Below, one piece after another: positions 26,064-33,941 of a DNA stretch of 39,992 nucleotides. Location: positions 1-39,992 of the forward strand of contig JBIKXZ010000001.1 of assembly GCA_044355525.1 (NCBI GenBank). Reading direction: 5' to 3'. The DNA is from Chthoniobacterales bacterium. GTDB taxonomy: Bacteria > Verrucomicrobiota > Verrucomicrobiia > Chthoniobacterales > JACTMZ01. Position numbers and translations under genes: made by a program. The first letter of the stretch is position 1. Every line of letters starts with the position of its first letter. The notes below the pieces were generated by a model. That model searched no databases and had not been told where the DNA came from. It saw nothing but the letters and a program-made list of their open reading frames with translations.

Positions 26064-26464
26064 TTCGACCAGTCCTCCCAAGCCAATCCCTCCACGGCAC
26101 TGAAATCCCGGACGTTGAGCGTGGCCACGGTCAGACGATGAACCAGAGCCGTGGCGGCGATCAGGAGATCCAGGTCTGCAATCTCCCGGCCAGCTTGGAC
26201 CTGGTGCGCTTTGCGTCGGGCGAATTCCAGCCACAAGGCGGCGTCGGTCTCCAGCACACGAAGCCTGCCCTCCAACAAAAACCGGAACTTCTCGCGCCGG
26301 CGCGGGCGATTTTCCAGCACGAGGCCGTATTCCATCTCGGCGGCCGTCACCGCACTGATCGCGCAGGCCGAGTCGCCCGCCGCTTTCCACCGGAGCAAAG
26401 CAGCTTCAACCGGACGGCGCCGCAGCGGTTGGGAATAAACCGAAGTATCGAGCAAATATCGCAT
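26060..26464 (-). CDS. vapC: PIN-domain toxin (VapC family)
   Basis: MRYLLDTSVYSQPL..., AISAVTAAEMEYG..., DLDLLIAATALVHRLTVATLNVRDF carries the PIN acidic residues. The ATG at 26464 is preferred; the track start at 26470 is a TTG. Confidence 0.8.
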   Translation of the reverse strand: MRYLLDTSVYSQPLRRRPVEAALLRWKAAGDSACAISAVTAAEMEYGLVLENRPRRREKFRFLLEGRLRVLETDAALWLEFARRKAHQVQAGREIADLDLLIAATALVHRLTVATLNVRDFSAVEGLAWEDWSK

Positions 26465-26466
26465 GC

Positions 26467-26733
26467 TCAATCACGCAGGGGGTTTTCCTTGGCCCGCCCG
26501 CGATGATGCCAAATTTCGGGAAAGTCCCCTGCCACCTCGGAGTGCTCTTTCTTCCAAGACTGCCAAGCGGAATGGATATCAGGACGGCCGCCCGCCAATT
26601 CCTCGCGGACCGGCTCTATCATGACCAAGGGGCGCCCGCGCTTACTTACGAGCACAGGGATGCGTGAAGCAGCCACGCTTTCGCAAAGCGCGGGAAAACG
26701 CGTTTTCGCTTCGAAAATGCCGATTGTTTTCAC
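26467..26733 (-). CDS. Type II antitoxin (Phd/YefM- or VapB-like)
   Basis: VKTIGIFEAKTRFPALCESVAASRIPVLVSKRGRPLVMIEP is a typical antitoxin N-terminus. Its stop lies 2 nt upstream of the vapC ATG. GTG 26733 is preferred as the start; the ATG at 26790 lies inside the rhaM relic. Confidence 0.65.
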   Translation of the reverse strand: MKTIGIFEAKTRFPALCESVAASRIPVLVSKRGRPLVMIEPVREELAGGRPDIHSAWQSWKKEHSEVAGDFPEIWHHRGRAKENPLRD

Positions 26734-26784
26734 TGACTTAACAGACCAGCAGGTTGGTTGGTTGTCAAGGATGGCCGGCGGCGA

Positions 26785-26822
26785 CGGCATGGACCGACAT
26801 GACGAAGGCTTGGCGGATTTTC
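26785..26822 (-). pseudogene. Relic of the 5' end of an L-rhamnose mutarotase (rhaM) paralog
   Basis: 34 of 38 nt are identical to rhaM at 37196..37233, including a 16-nt exact run (gacatgacgaaggctt). It reads ACG-KIRQAFVMSVHA against the intact [15 protein letters not shown]. Similarity stops abruptly and a stop codon follows after 7 more codons. Confidence 0.55.
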
Positions 26823-27043
26823 GTGGTTTCCGGAGCTTGACGGCAAAGCAGTGATGTCCCGATGACAGCTTCTTCCCCGCTGACCGGGCAGGCGAAGCAG
26901 CCTTGCAGGGTGTCGCGTTGCCACTCCGCGGAGGTGAGGACTCCGCCCGGTTCGGGGGCGAAGAGGATTATTTCGTAGCCCGGAGCGCGCCATCTTTACA
27001 GACAGAAGGAACCACAGATGTGTATTTTCAACTCAAAGGTGCT

Positions 27044-28192
27044 CTAGCGCGGGATCCCGCGGCTGCGGCGGTAGCAGGCATTGATCTCCTCCCAAGAACG
27101 ATCCGCGGACAGCTCTCCGCGCAAGTATTGTTGCAAGGGCACTCCCGCCTCTTCTTGCAGAGGGACATAGCCATTGTAGCGGGGACGGATGAGACAATTT
27201 TCCTGATCATGCTTCGCCTCGCGGAAAAAGCCGCCAGCGAAGGAATCGAGCCAAGAATCAGTCCAAGCCTCGCGGCGCGAGGGTTGTCCCCCGGAAAGCG
27301 TATAAATACCGCCTTGAATCCCCGCACTGCCGGTGAAGAGTGCGTAATCGAGCGCGCGCATAAAGTCGGGGCACCGCTTCGACAACGCGATGCCCGTGCC
27401 GCCGACAATGCTGCGCAGCGGGCATCCGTCGTCGAGGCGCGGCAAGGGGCCGTAGCGCAACGGACGGTCGGTGAACGTCGGACGGCAGTAATTCCCGTAG
27501 CTGTAGGCAAAGGCGCAATGCGCGATGTCGTCCGTGCGGGTCATGCGTTCGGCGATGGCGATGGGATTCCAGTCGTAGATCTGCGCCGGCATTTTTTCGG
27601 CGAGGCGCCGCAGGAGTTCCATGGCGGCGCGGCCGCGGGCTTCGTCGCAAATGCCCTCGGGGTCGGCGGCGATTTCCCCGCCGAGCGCGGCGACGAGCAT
27701 CGACCAGTTGAGGAAAAGGTCCGCCGGGAAGCCCGGCATGACGGCGTGGCCGGCGTCGGCCAGCGCGAGCAACTCGCTCCATGTTTCGGGAAATTTCAGG
27801 CCGTGCGCCTCGAGCAAGTCCAGACGGCAACTCGGTGTCGGCGTGGCCGCGTCGATGGGAATAGCGAGCAGTTTTCCTTCGTAGAGATAGGTGGTGAAGC
27901 TCGGCCCGATGGAGTTCTGCTCGAGATCGGCGCGCTGCACTGAGGAGAGCAACGGCGCCAGGTCATGGACCAGATCGCGGGCGAAGCAGAAGCCGGCCCA
28001 CGGATGATCGATGACGATGAGGTCGAATTTTTGCGCGAGGGCGTCGATCGGGAGGTGGCCGAACTCGTGCAGCGAACGCTTCTCCCAGCGGATGCGCACG
28101 CCGGGACTCAACTCCTCGTAGCGCTGGGCCGTCGCCACCAGCGGCGGCAGGGCGCGGCTGTGGTTCCAGGTGATGCCGATCAGTTCGAGCAC
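27044..28192 (-). CDS. Periplasmic-binding-protein-fold (ABC substrate-binding-like) protein with no signal peptide
   Basis: LELIGITWNHSRALPPLVATAQRYEE...IRWEKRSL...LIVIDHPWAGF...YLYEGKLLAIPIDAATP resembles family-1 solute-binding proteins. GTG 28192 is chosen as the start; it sits 11 nt after a GAGG and just after the upstream gene's stop. The functional call is weak. Confidence 0.5.
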   Translation of the reverse strand: MLELIGITWNHSRALPPLVATAQRYEELSPGVRIRWEKRSLHEFGHLPIDALAQKFDLIVIDHPWAGFCFARDLVHDLAPLLSSVQRADLEQNSIGPSFTTYLYEGKLLAIPIDAATPTPSCRLDLLEAHGLKFPETWSELLALADAGHAVMPGFPADLFLNWSMLVAALGGEIAADPEGICDEARGRAAMELLRRLAEKMPAQIYDWNPIAIAERMTRTDDIAHCAFAYSYGNYCRPTFTDRPLRYGPLPRLDDGCPLRSIVGGTGIALSKRCPDFMRALDYALFTGSAGIQGGIYTLSGGQPSRREAWTDSWLDSFAGGFFREAKHDQENCLIRPRYNGYVPLQEEAGVPLQQYLRGELSADRSWEEINACYRRSRGIPR

Positions 28193-28205
28193 GCGATTTA
28201 CAGCC

Positions 28206-29270
28206 TCACGTGAACACTTTGACCGGCCGATTGCTCTTGGACGACTCGACGGCGGCCTCGATGACCTGCATGGCGGCGAAACCGAGCCGTCCATCGGACC
28301 CGTTGGGCGCCAAGCCGAGCGCCGCATCGACGAAATTGTCGAGCGGTCCGCGATCGGGATAGATTCCGTCGACTGGCAGCGGCGGCAGCACGCGGCGTTC
28401 GCCTTCGAAGGGAATGAAGACGGCCTCGCCCTTCCACAATTCGAGGAGCACAATACCTTTGGTCCCGTAAATGCGCACCTCGTAGTTGCGCTCGGAGAGC
28501 GGCGTGGCGCCGGTGCTGGCGATGGAAACCAGCGCGCCGTTCTCCATCGTCACGGTCAGCGCGTCGTAGATGTCATTGACCGAACCCGCATAGTCGAACC
28601 GCGCATAGACCTCCGACGGACGCAATCCGGTGAGAAAGGTGAGGTAAGCGGCCGCGTGCGAAATCTGGCAATATATTTGTCCGCCTCCCGCGATAGCTGG
28701 GTCGTTGTACGAACCGTGGCACGGCTCGATATAGACGTCCGCCTGCCCGTGTGTCGGCGTGGTGTTGATCCCCTTGAGCAACTTGTCGATCGGGTTGGTC
28801 ATGAGGAGGGAAATCATGCGGATGCCGCCGAGATCCCCGCGCCGGATCATTTCGCGCACCTCGATTCCGTGGGGCGTGAAATGCCACGGACAACTGATGA
28901 GCAACTGCACGCTTTGGGCCTCGGCCAAATCGCAAAGTTCCTTGGCCTCGGCCGCGGTGAAGGTCATCGGTTTTTCGATGAGGACGTGCTTGCCGCGCTC
29001 GAGTGCGGCCTTGGCCTGCGCGTAATGCATGTTCGGCGTGGTGGCGATGACCACAGCATCGAGTCCCGGCAAGTCGAGCAACGCGGCCGGATCAGTCAGC
29101 GCATGTTTGGCCCCGAAATCCTTCGCCACTTTGTCGGCCTTGGACTGCGAGCGCGACTGCACGGCGAGCAATTCGGCACGCGGGTGGGCGAGAATCGCGG
29201 GGATGTGCGCGAAGGTCGCCCACCAGCCGGCGCCGATGACACCAACCTGCAGGGGGGACACGTCCTTCAT
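28206..29270 (-). CDS. Gfo/Idh/MocA-family NAD(P)-dependent oxidoreductase
   Basis: LQVGVIGAGWWATFAHIPAI (Rossmann fold) and GKHVLIEKPM (EKP motif). There is an ATGA overlap with the upstream dehydratase gene. Confidence 0.85.
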   Translation of the reverse strand: MKDVSPLQVGVIGAGWWATFAHIPAILAHPRAELLAVQSRSQSKADKVAKDFGAKHALTDPAALLDLPGLDAVVIATTPNMHYAQAKAALERGKHVLIEKPMTFTAAEAKELCDLAEAQSVQLLISCPWHFTPHGIEVREMIRRGDLGGIRMISLLMTNPIDKLLKGINTTPTHGQADVYIEPCHGSYNDPAIAGGGQIYCQISHAAAYLTFLTGLRPSEVYARFDYAGSVNDIYDALTVTMENGALVSIASTGATPLSERNYEVRIYGTKGIVLLELWKGEAVFIPFEGERRVLPPLPVDGIYPDRGPLDNFVDAALGLAPNGSDGRLGFAAMQVIEAAVESSKSNRPVKVFT

Positions 29271-30466
29271 GCCAACGTCTCGTAGGGTTTAAGCTTGGCG
29301 CGGTTGAGTTCGACGCCGAAGCCCGGCTTGTTGGGGTCGAGGGTCACATGCCCGTTCACGGGCAAAGGCTCGCCGATGATCGTGTCAAAGATCGGATGCA
29401 GCTCGCGTCCTTCCCCGGTCGTGAGGAACTCGGCATAAGGGCTGTTCGAGTTGCTCAAGACGAAGTGGTAATTATAGACGGACGCCCCGTGAGGGATAAC
29501 CGGCATGTCATAAGACTTGGCCATGGCCGCGATGCGGCGGGTCGGGGTGAGACCGCCGCACCACTGGATCTCCGGCTGGATGATGTCCGTCGCGCGCCGG
29601 GCGATGATGTCGTGAAAGGCTTTGTAGTGATACTCGAGGTTGCCCGTGGCCAGTTGGATCGGGGCGATGCGCTCGCGCAGATAGGCGTTTTGCTCGGTGG
29701 CCCAGCCGTTCTGCAGCGGATCCTCGAACCATTTGACATCGTAGGGACGGATCCGCTGGGCCAAGCGCGAGGCGAACTCGACATCCCACGAAAGGTAGCA
29801 GTCGATCATGATCTCCATGTCGTCGCCGAGGTCGGAGCGCAGCTTGGCGATGAGGTTCTCCATGTTCTTGAGCCCCTCGCGTCCGCTCTCCACACCCCAA
29901 GGCGCGGCGATTTTCACGCCGAAAAATCCGCGGTCCTTCCAATGCTCCGCGTAATCCGGATGGATCGTGGCGTAGCACGGGATCGACTCTTTCGTCTGCC
30001 CGCCGAGCAGTTTGTAGACGGGAATTCCGAGCGAACGCGCCACGAGGTCGTAGAGCGCCAGATCCACCCCGGCCATGGCCATGTTGGTGATGCCGCCCAG
30101 ACCGTAGGGCATGGTCGAACGGTTCATCTGGTCCCAGATCAATTCGATGTTGAAAGGATCCTGCCCGATGAGGAACCGGCGGAAGTGCTGGTCGATGACC
30201 GCGCAGGAGAACGCGCCACCACCATAGTTCACGCAGGAACCGGTCACTCCCTCGTCGGTCTCGATCTCGATCGCGTAAGGGTCCTGGCCCGGGCCCATCC
30301 AAAGCGAACGGATGCGGGAGTATGGCGGGTGCACCGACATGGGGTTCGAAATGAGCGTGCGCGCCTGCCAGCCCCCTCCCCAGTATTGCGATTCCCCTTG
30401 GGCTGCGCCGCGCGCTCCCGTGTCGCCACTGCTGATGGTGTAGAGCTTGATTCCGGTGATTTTCAT
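29267..30466 (-). CDS. rhmD: Enolase-superfamily acid-sugar dehydratase, L-rhamnonate dehydratase-like
   Basis: IIQPEIQWCGGLTPTRRIAAMAKSYDMPVIPHGASVYNYHFVLSNSNSPYAEFL...EPLPVNGHV...KPGFGVELNR closely tracks E. coli RhmD/YfaW as I remember it. The ATG at 30466 (MKITGIK) is preferred. Confidence 0.75.
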   Translation of the reverse strand: MKITGIKLYTISSGDTGARGAAQGESQYWGGGWQARTLISNPMSVHPPYSRIRSLWMGPGQDPYAIEIETDEGVTGSCVNYGGGAFSCAVIDQHFRRFLIGQDPFNIELIWDQMNRSTMPYGLGGITNMAMAGVDLALYDLVARSLGIPVYKLLGGQTKESIPCYATIHPDYAEHWKDRGFFGVKIAAPWGVESGREGLKNMENLIAKLRSDLGDDMEIMIDCYLSWDVEFASRLAQRIRPYDVKWFEDPLQNGWATEQNAYLRERIAPIQLATGNLEYHYKAFHDIIARRATDIIQPEIQWCGGLTPTRRIAAMAKSYDMPVIPHGASVYNYHFVLSNSNSPYAEFLTTGEGRELHPIFDTIIGEPLPVNGHVTLDPNKPGFGVELNRAKLKPYETLA

Positions 30467-30495
30467 CGTGGCGGCTAAAATGGAGCCGCGAAGTG

Positions 30496-30517
30496 CATCT
30501 GACGACGGATTCAGATG
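30496..30517. promoter_or_regulatory. Inverted repeat CATCTGA-N8-TCAGATG in the divergent rhmD/araC-type intergenic region
   Basis: The 7-bp arms are perfect. It lies within the short (73-100 bp, depending on the regulator start) divergent promoter region, with a TTTGCGACA 9-mer just downstream (30523-30531) that recurs at 31483-31491. Confidence 0.35.
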
Positions 30518-30566
30518 TTGATTTTGCGACAAACTATGCTTGGATTCCGACAACCCGTCTTCTTCC

Positions 30567-31445
30567 ATGCCGGTCGACTCTTTCCACTATCCACCGCTTG
30601 ATGCCACTGCGCTCCGGGCGGGCTGCTGCCTCACCTCCATCGGCGCGCTGACCTACCGTCCGGGCGAACGCTACCCGCAAGGCGGGCATCCGCGCGATTT
30701 CGACTTCCGTTGGCAACGCGGACGAAAACTCCCCGACTTCGCACTCGTGGTGATCACCGCGGGGCGCGGCCAATGGGAGGCAGACACCAGCGGACGTCAG
30801 CGCGTGGCGCCGGGAGATGCCTTTTTTCTCGTTCCCGGTGGCTGGCACCGCTACCGGCCGGAACCCGCGACCGGTTGGACGGAGAAGTGGATCTGCGTGC
30901 AGGGCGCGTCGGTGCACGGTCTGGTCGCCGCCGGATTGCTGCCGGGGCAGTGCCTCCACCTGCGCGAAGGAACAAGAGATGGCATGGTCCCGCGCATCGA
31001 ACGCCTGCTGCGCGATGTGGCGGCCAGCCCCGGATTAAACCGTCCATCATGGGGGCTACGCGCTTTGACCGTCATGCTCGAGTGTTTCGAATCCCAAAAG
31101 CCCGCCGACCCGCCGGCCGGCCGCTCTGGTGGCGCGGAAGCAGCCATGCGCTTCATCCGCGAGAACGCCCACCGCCCGATCGGGGTGCGTGAAGTGGCGA
31201 CAGAGTGCGGGTTGGAACGCCGCACCCTCGAACGCCGATTCCGCAGTGCAGGCCTGCCCCCCGTCGGACGCAGCATCATTTTGCAGCGCATCGCCCGGGC
31301 AGAGCAATTGCTCGACGAAACCGCGATGCAAATCAAAGAGGTCGCCTATGCCTGCGGTTTCGGCAGTCCGCAACGGATGATCTACGACTTCCGGCGGGTG
31401 CGCGGCACCACTCCGGGGCGCCTGCGCGCCGGCAATTCGGTTTGA
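30567..31445 (+). CDS. AraC/XylS-family transcriptional regulator
   Basis: The C-terminal dual HTH reads IRENAHRPIGVREVATECGLERRTLERRFR...IKEVAYACGFGSPQRMIYDFRRVRGTTPG. The ATG at 30567 is preferred; the track start at 30540 is a TTG. Confidence 0.85.
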   Translation: MPVDSFHYPPLDATALRAGCCLTSIGALTYRPGERYPQGGHPRDFDFRWQRGRKLPDFALVVITAGRGQWEADTSGRQRVAPGDAFFLVPGGWHRYRPEPATGWTEKWICVQGASVHGLVAAGLLPGQCLHLREGTRDGMVPRIERLLRDVAASPGLNRPSWGLRALTVMLECFESQKPADPPAGRSGGAEAAMRFIRENAHRPIGVREVATECGLERRTLERRFRSAGLPPVGRSIILQRIARAEQLLDETAMQIKEVAYACGFGSPQRMIYDFRRVRGTTPGRLRAGNSV

Positions 31446-31476
31446 CACCGCCACGCGGCGGCCCAAGGCTGGGAGT

Positions 31477-32352
31477 TTGCAATTTGCGACACTCCCCGCC
31501 GTGAAACTTTCCTGCGCCGATTTCACCTTTCCCCTGCTCCCGCACGAAGACGTGCTCGCGCTTATTCGCCTGCTTGGACTCGACGGCGTGGATCTCGGGG
31601 TTTTCAGCGGACGATCGCATTGGACGCCAGAAATGATTTTGCCGGACGTGCCATTGGCTGCGGAGCGAATGAATAGCTCGCTCGACCGGCACGGTTTGGC
31701 TGCATCCGATGTTTTCCTGCAAACGGGAGCCGAACCGCCCCGGCGCGCCGCGAATGATCCCGATCCGTCGATCCGCCAAGCCAACCGCGAAACCTTCCGC
31801 GGGATCCTCGCTTTTGCCGTGCGCCTCGGCGCCAAACACCTCACGGGTCTGCCCGGGGTGTGGCACGAAGGAATCGACAAGAACACCGACTGGGCCCTCG
31901 CGGCTGATGAAGCCCGCTGGCGCAAAGCCGAAGCCGCCGGTGCCGGCGTCGAATACGCGGTGGAACCCCATGTCGGGTCCCTCACCCCGGATCCCGCCTC
32001 GGCTTTGCGCTTCGCGCAGGACACGGGAGTAACCCTGACGCTCGATTACGGACACTTTGTCTACCAAGGCATGGCCCCGGAGGCGGCCGATGGTCTTTTG
32101 CCGCACACCTCGCACTTCCACGCACGCGGCGGGGCGAAGGGACAACTGCAAAGCACGATGAAGGACAACATCATCGACTTTGCCGCCATCCGCGACGCCC
32201 TGCAAAAGCGCGGTTACCCCGGCTGGATGTGCCTCGAGTATGTCTGGGTCGACTGGGAAGGATGCAACCGGACGGACAATGTTTCGGAAACCATCCTTCT
32301 TCGCGACCTGCTCCGCGCCGCCCCGGCCGGCGGTGGCAAACAATCTGTCTGA
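31477..32352 (+). CDS. Xylose-isomerase-like TIM-barrel protein (sugar phosphate isomerase/epimerase family)
   Basis: LGLDGVDL, RLGAKHLTGLPG, VEYAVEPHVG, GYPGWMCLEY. The start is ambiguous: TTG at 31477 or GTG at 31501. Confidence 0.7.
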   Translation: MQFATLPAVKLSCADFTFPLLPHEDVLALIRLLGLDGVDLGVFSGRSHWTPEMILPDVPLAAERMNSSLDRHGLAASDVFLQTGAEPPRRAANDPDPSIRQANRETFRGILAFAVRLGAKHLTGLPGVWHEGIDKNTDWALAADEARWRKAEAAGAGVEYAVEPHVGSLTPDPASALRFAQDTGVTLTLDYGHFVYQGMAPEAADGLLPHTSHFHARGGAKGQLQSTMKDNIIDFAAIRDALQKRGYPGWMCLEYVWVDWEGCNRTDNVSETILLRDLLRAAPAGGGKQSV

Positions 32353-32355
32353 TTT

Positions 32356-33117
32356 ATGTCGTCATCCGCAGCACAACCCGATTGGAAAAATCAAACCGCC
32401 GTGATCAGCGGCGGAGCCGACGGGCTCGGCTTCGCCGTGGCCCAGCGTCTCGCCAGCCGCGGCGTTCGCTTGGTCATTCTCGACTTCAACCAGGAGGCGC
32501 TGGACAAAGCCCGCAACGCCTTGGGATCCGGCAGCATCACGGCCTGCGTCGACGTCACCGACCACGCCGCGGTGCGTCGGGCCATCGATGAAGCCGCCGC
32601 GCAGACGGGGCGCATCGACATTTTGGTCAATTGCGCCGGCATCACCGGCCAGACCAACCTCAAGAGCCACGAGGTCGATCCCGCCGATTTCGACCGCGTC
32701 ATGCGCGTCAACCTCAACGGTTGCCTCAACACCTTCCAAGCCGTTATTCCCCACATGCTCCAGCGCAACTACGGCCGCGTCCTCCATTTCGCCTCTGTCT
32801 CCGGGAAGGAAGGCAATGCCGGCATGCTCGCCTATTCCACTTCGAAGGCCGCGGTCATCGGCATGACCAAGGTCCAAGGCAAGGAATACGCCCAGACCGG
32901 CATCACGGTGAATGCCCTCGCGCCCGCGGTGATTTTCACCGAGATGGTCGCCAAAATGCCGCCCGAGCAGGTCCGATACATGACCGACCGCATCCCCATG
33001 GGCCGCTGCGGCACCAAGGACGAGATCGCCGCCATGACCGAGTTCATCGTCTCGCCGGAAAATTCCTTCGTCACCGCTTTCGCCTTCGACCTGACCGGCG
33101 GACGCGCCACTTACTGA
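32356..33117 (+). CDS. Short-chain dehydrogenase/reductase (SDR)
   Basis: VISGGADGLGFAVAQ (TGxxxGxG-type motif), NCAGI and the catalytic S...YSTSKAAV motif. In context it is a candidate 2-keto-3-deoxy-L-rhamnonate 4-dehydrogenase. Confidence 0.85.
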   Translation: MSSSAAQPDWKNQTAVISGGADGLGFAVAQRLASRGVRLVILDFNQEALDKARNALGSGSITACVDVTDHAAVRRAIDEAAAQTGRIDILVNCAGITGQTNLKSHEVDPADFDRVMRVNLNGCLNTFQAVIPHMLQRNYGRVLHFASVSGKEGNAGMLAYSTSKAAVIGMTKVQGKEYAQTGITVNALAPAVIFTEMVAKMPPEQVRYMTDRIPMGRCGTKDEIAAMTEFIVSPENSFVTAFAFDLTGGRATY

Positions 33118-33128
33118 TCAACACCACC

Positions 33129-33941
33129 ATGCACATCATCCGATACCAAGACCCCACGGGAGCCATCCACTTCGGCTCGCAAAGAGCCGACGGCTCCTCT
33201 CTCCGCTGCACCGGCAACCTTTACGCCGGCCTGCAAGAGACCGGGGAGAAAGCTGACATCGCCAAACTCCTCGCACCGCTCGCACCGAGCCAGATCCTCT
33301 GCATCGGTCTCAACTACCGCCGCCATGCCGCCGAGTCCGGCCTGCAACCGCCCGAGCGTCCGGTCCTCTTCACCAAAGGCATCAACACGGTGCAGAATCC
33401 CGGCGAACCGATCGAGATTCCCGTCACCGCGGCCAGCACCGAAGTCGATTACGAATGCGAACTCGCCGTGGTCATCGGCAAGGCGTGCCGCAATGCCAAA
33501 GCCGCCGACGCGCTGTCTTATGTCCTCGGCTACACCTGCGGCAACGATGTCTCCGCGCGCGACTGGCAGTTGAAGTGGGGCGGCGGACAATGGTGCCGCG
33601 GCAAAACCTTCGACACGTTCTGTCCGCTCGGACCATGTCTCGTCACCACCGACGAAATTACCGATCCGCAGACATTGGCCATCCGAACAATTCTCAACGG
33701 CGAGACCGTGCAGGATTGGAACACGGACGACATGATTTTCAGCGTTGCCCAGATCATCGAGTTCCTCAGTGCGAGCAACACGCTGCCGGCCGGCACGGTC
33801 ATTCTCACCGGCACGCCCCACGGCGTAGGCATGGCGTCCAAGCCGCCGCGCTGGCTCAAGCCGGGTGACACCGTGACGATCGACATCGAACACATCGGCC
33901 AGTTGACCAACCCCGTCGTCCTCGAAGCCCCCCTTCCGTGA
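33129..33941 (+). CDS. Fumarylacetoacetate hydrolase (FAH) family protein
   Basis: ILCIGLNYRRHAAE, VDYECELAVVIGK, GYTCGNDVSARDWQ, GKTFDTFCPLGP, GTPHGVG. In context it is a candidate 2,4-diketo-3-deoxy-L-rhamnonate hydrolase. Confidence 0.85.
   Translation: MHIIRYQDPTGAIHFGSQRADGSSLRCTGNLYAGLQETGEKADIAKLLAPLAPSQILCIGLNYRRHAAESGLQPPERPVLFTKGINTVQNPGEPIEIPVTAASTEVDYECELAVVIGKACRNAKAADALSYVLGYTCGNDVSARDWQLKWGGGQWCRGKTFDTFCPLGPCLVTTDEITDPQTLAIRTILNGETVQDWNTDDMIFSVAQIIEFLSASNTLPAGTVILTGTPHGVGMASKPPRWLKPGDTVTIDIEHIGQLTNPVVLEAPLP

Noticed and set aside
27010-27020. aaccacagatg, resembling the outer end of a 9-mer hairpin element, in the lower-GC patch downstream of the SBP-like gene
   Set aside because: I could find no matching inverted arm or tandem 9-mers nearby. 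It may be a decayed element but cannot be supported.
27049-27060. 12-nt palindrome gcgggatcccgc
   Set aside because: It lies inside the 3' end of the SBP-like CDS and is short. It is expected by chance in GC-rich DNA.
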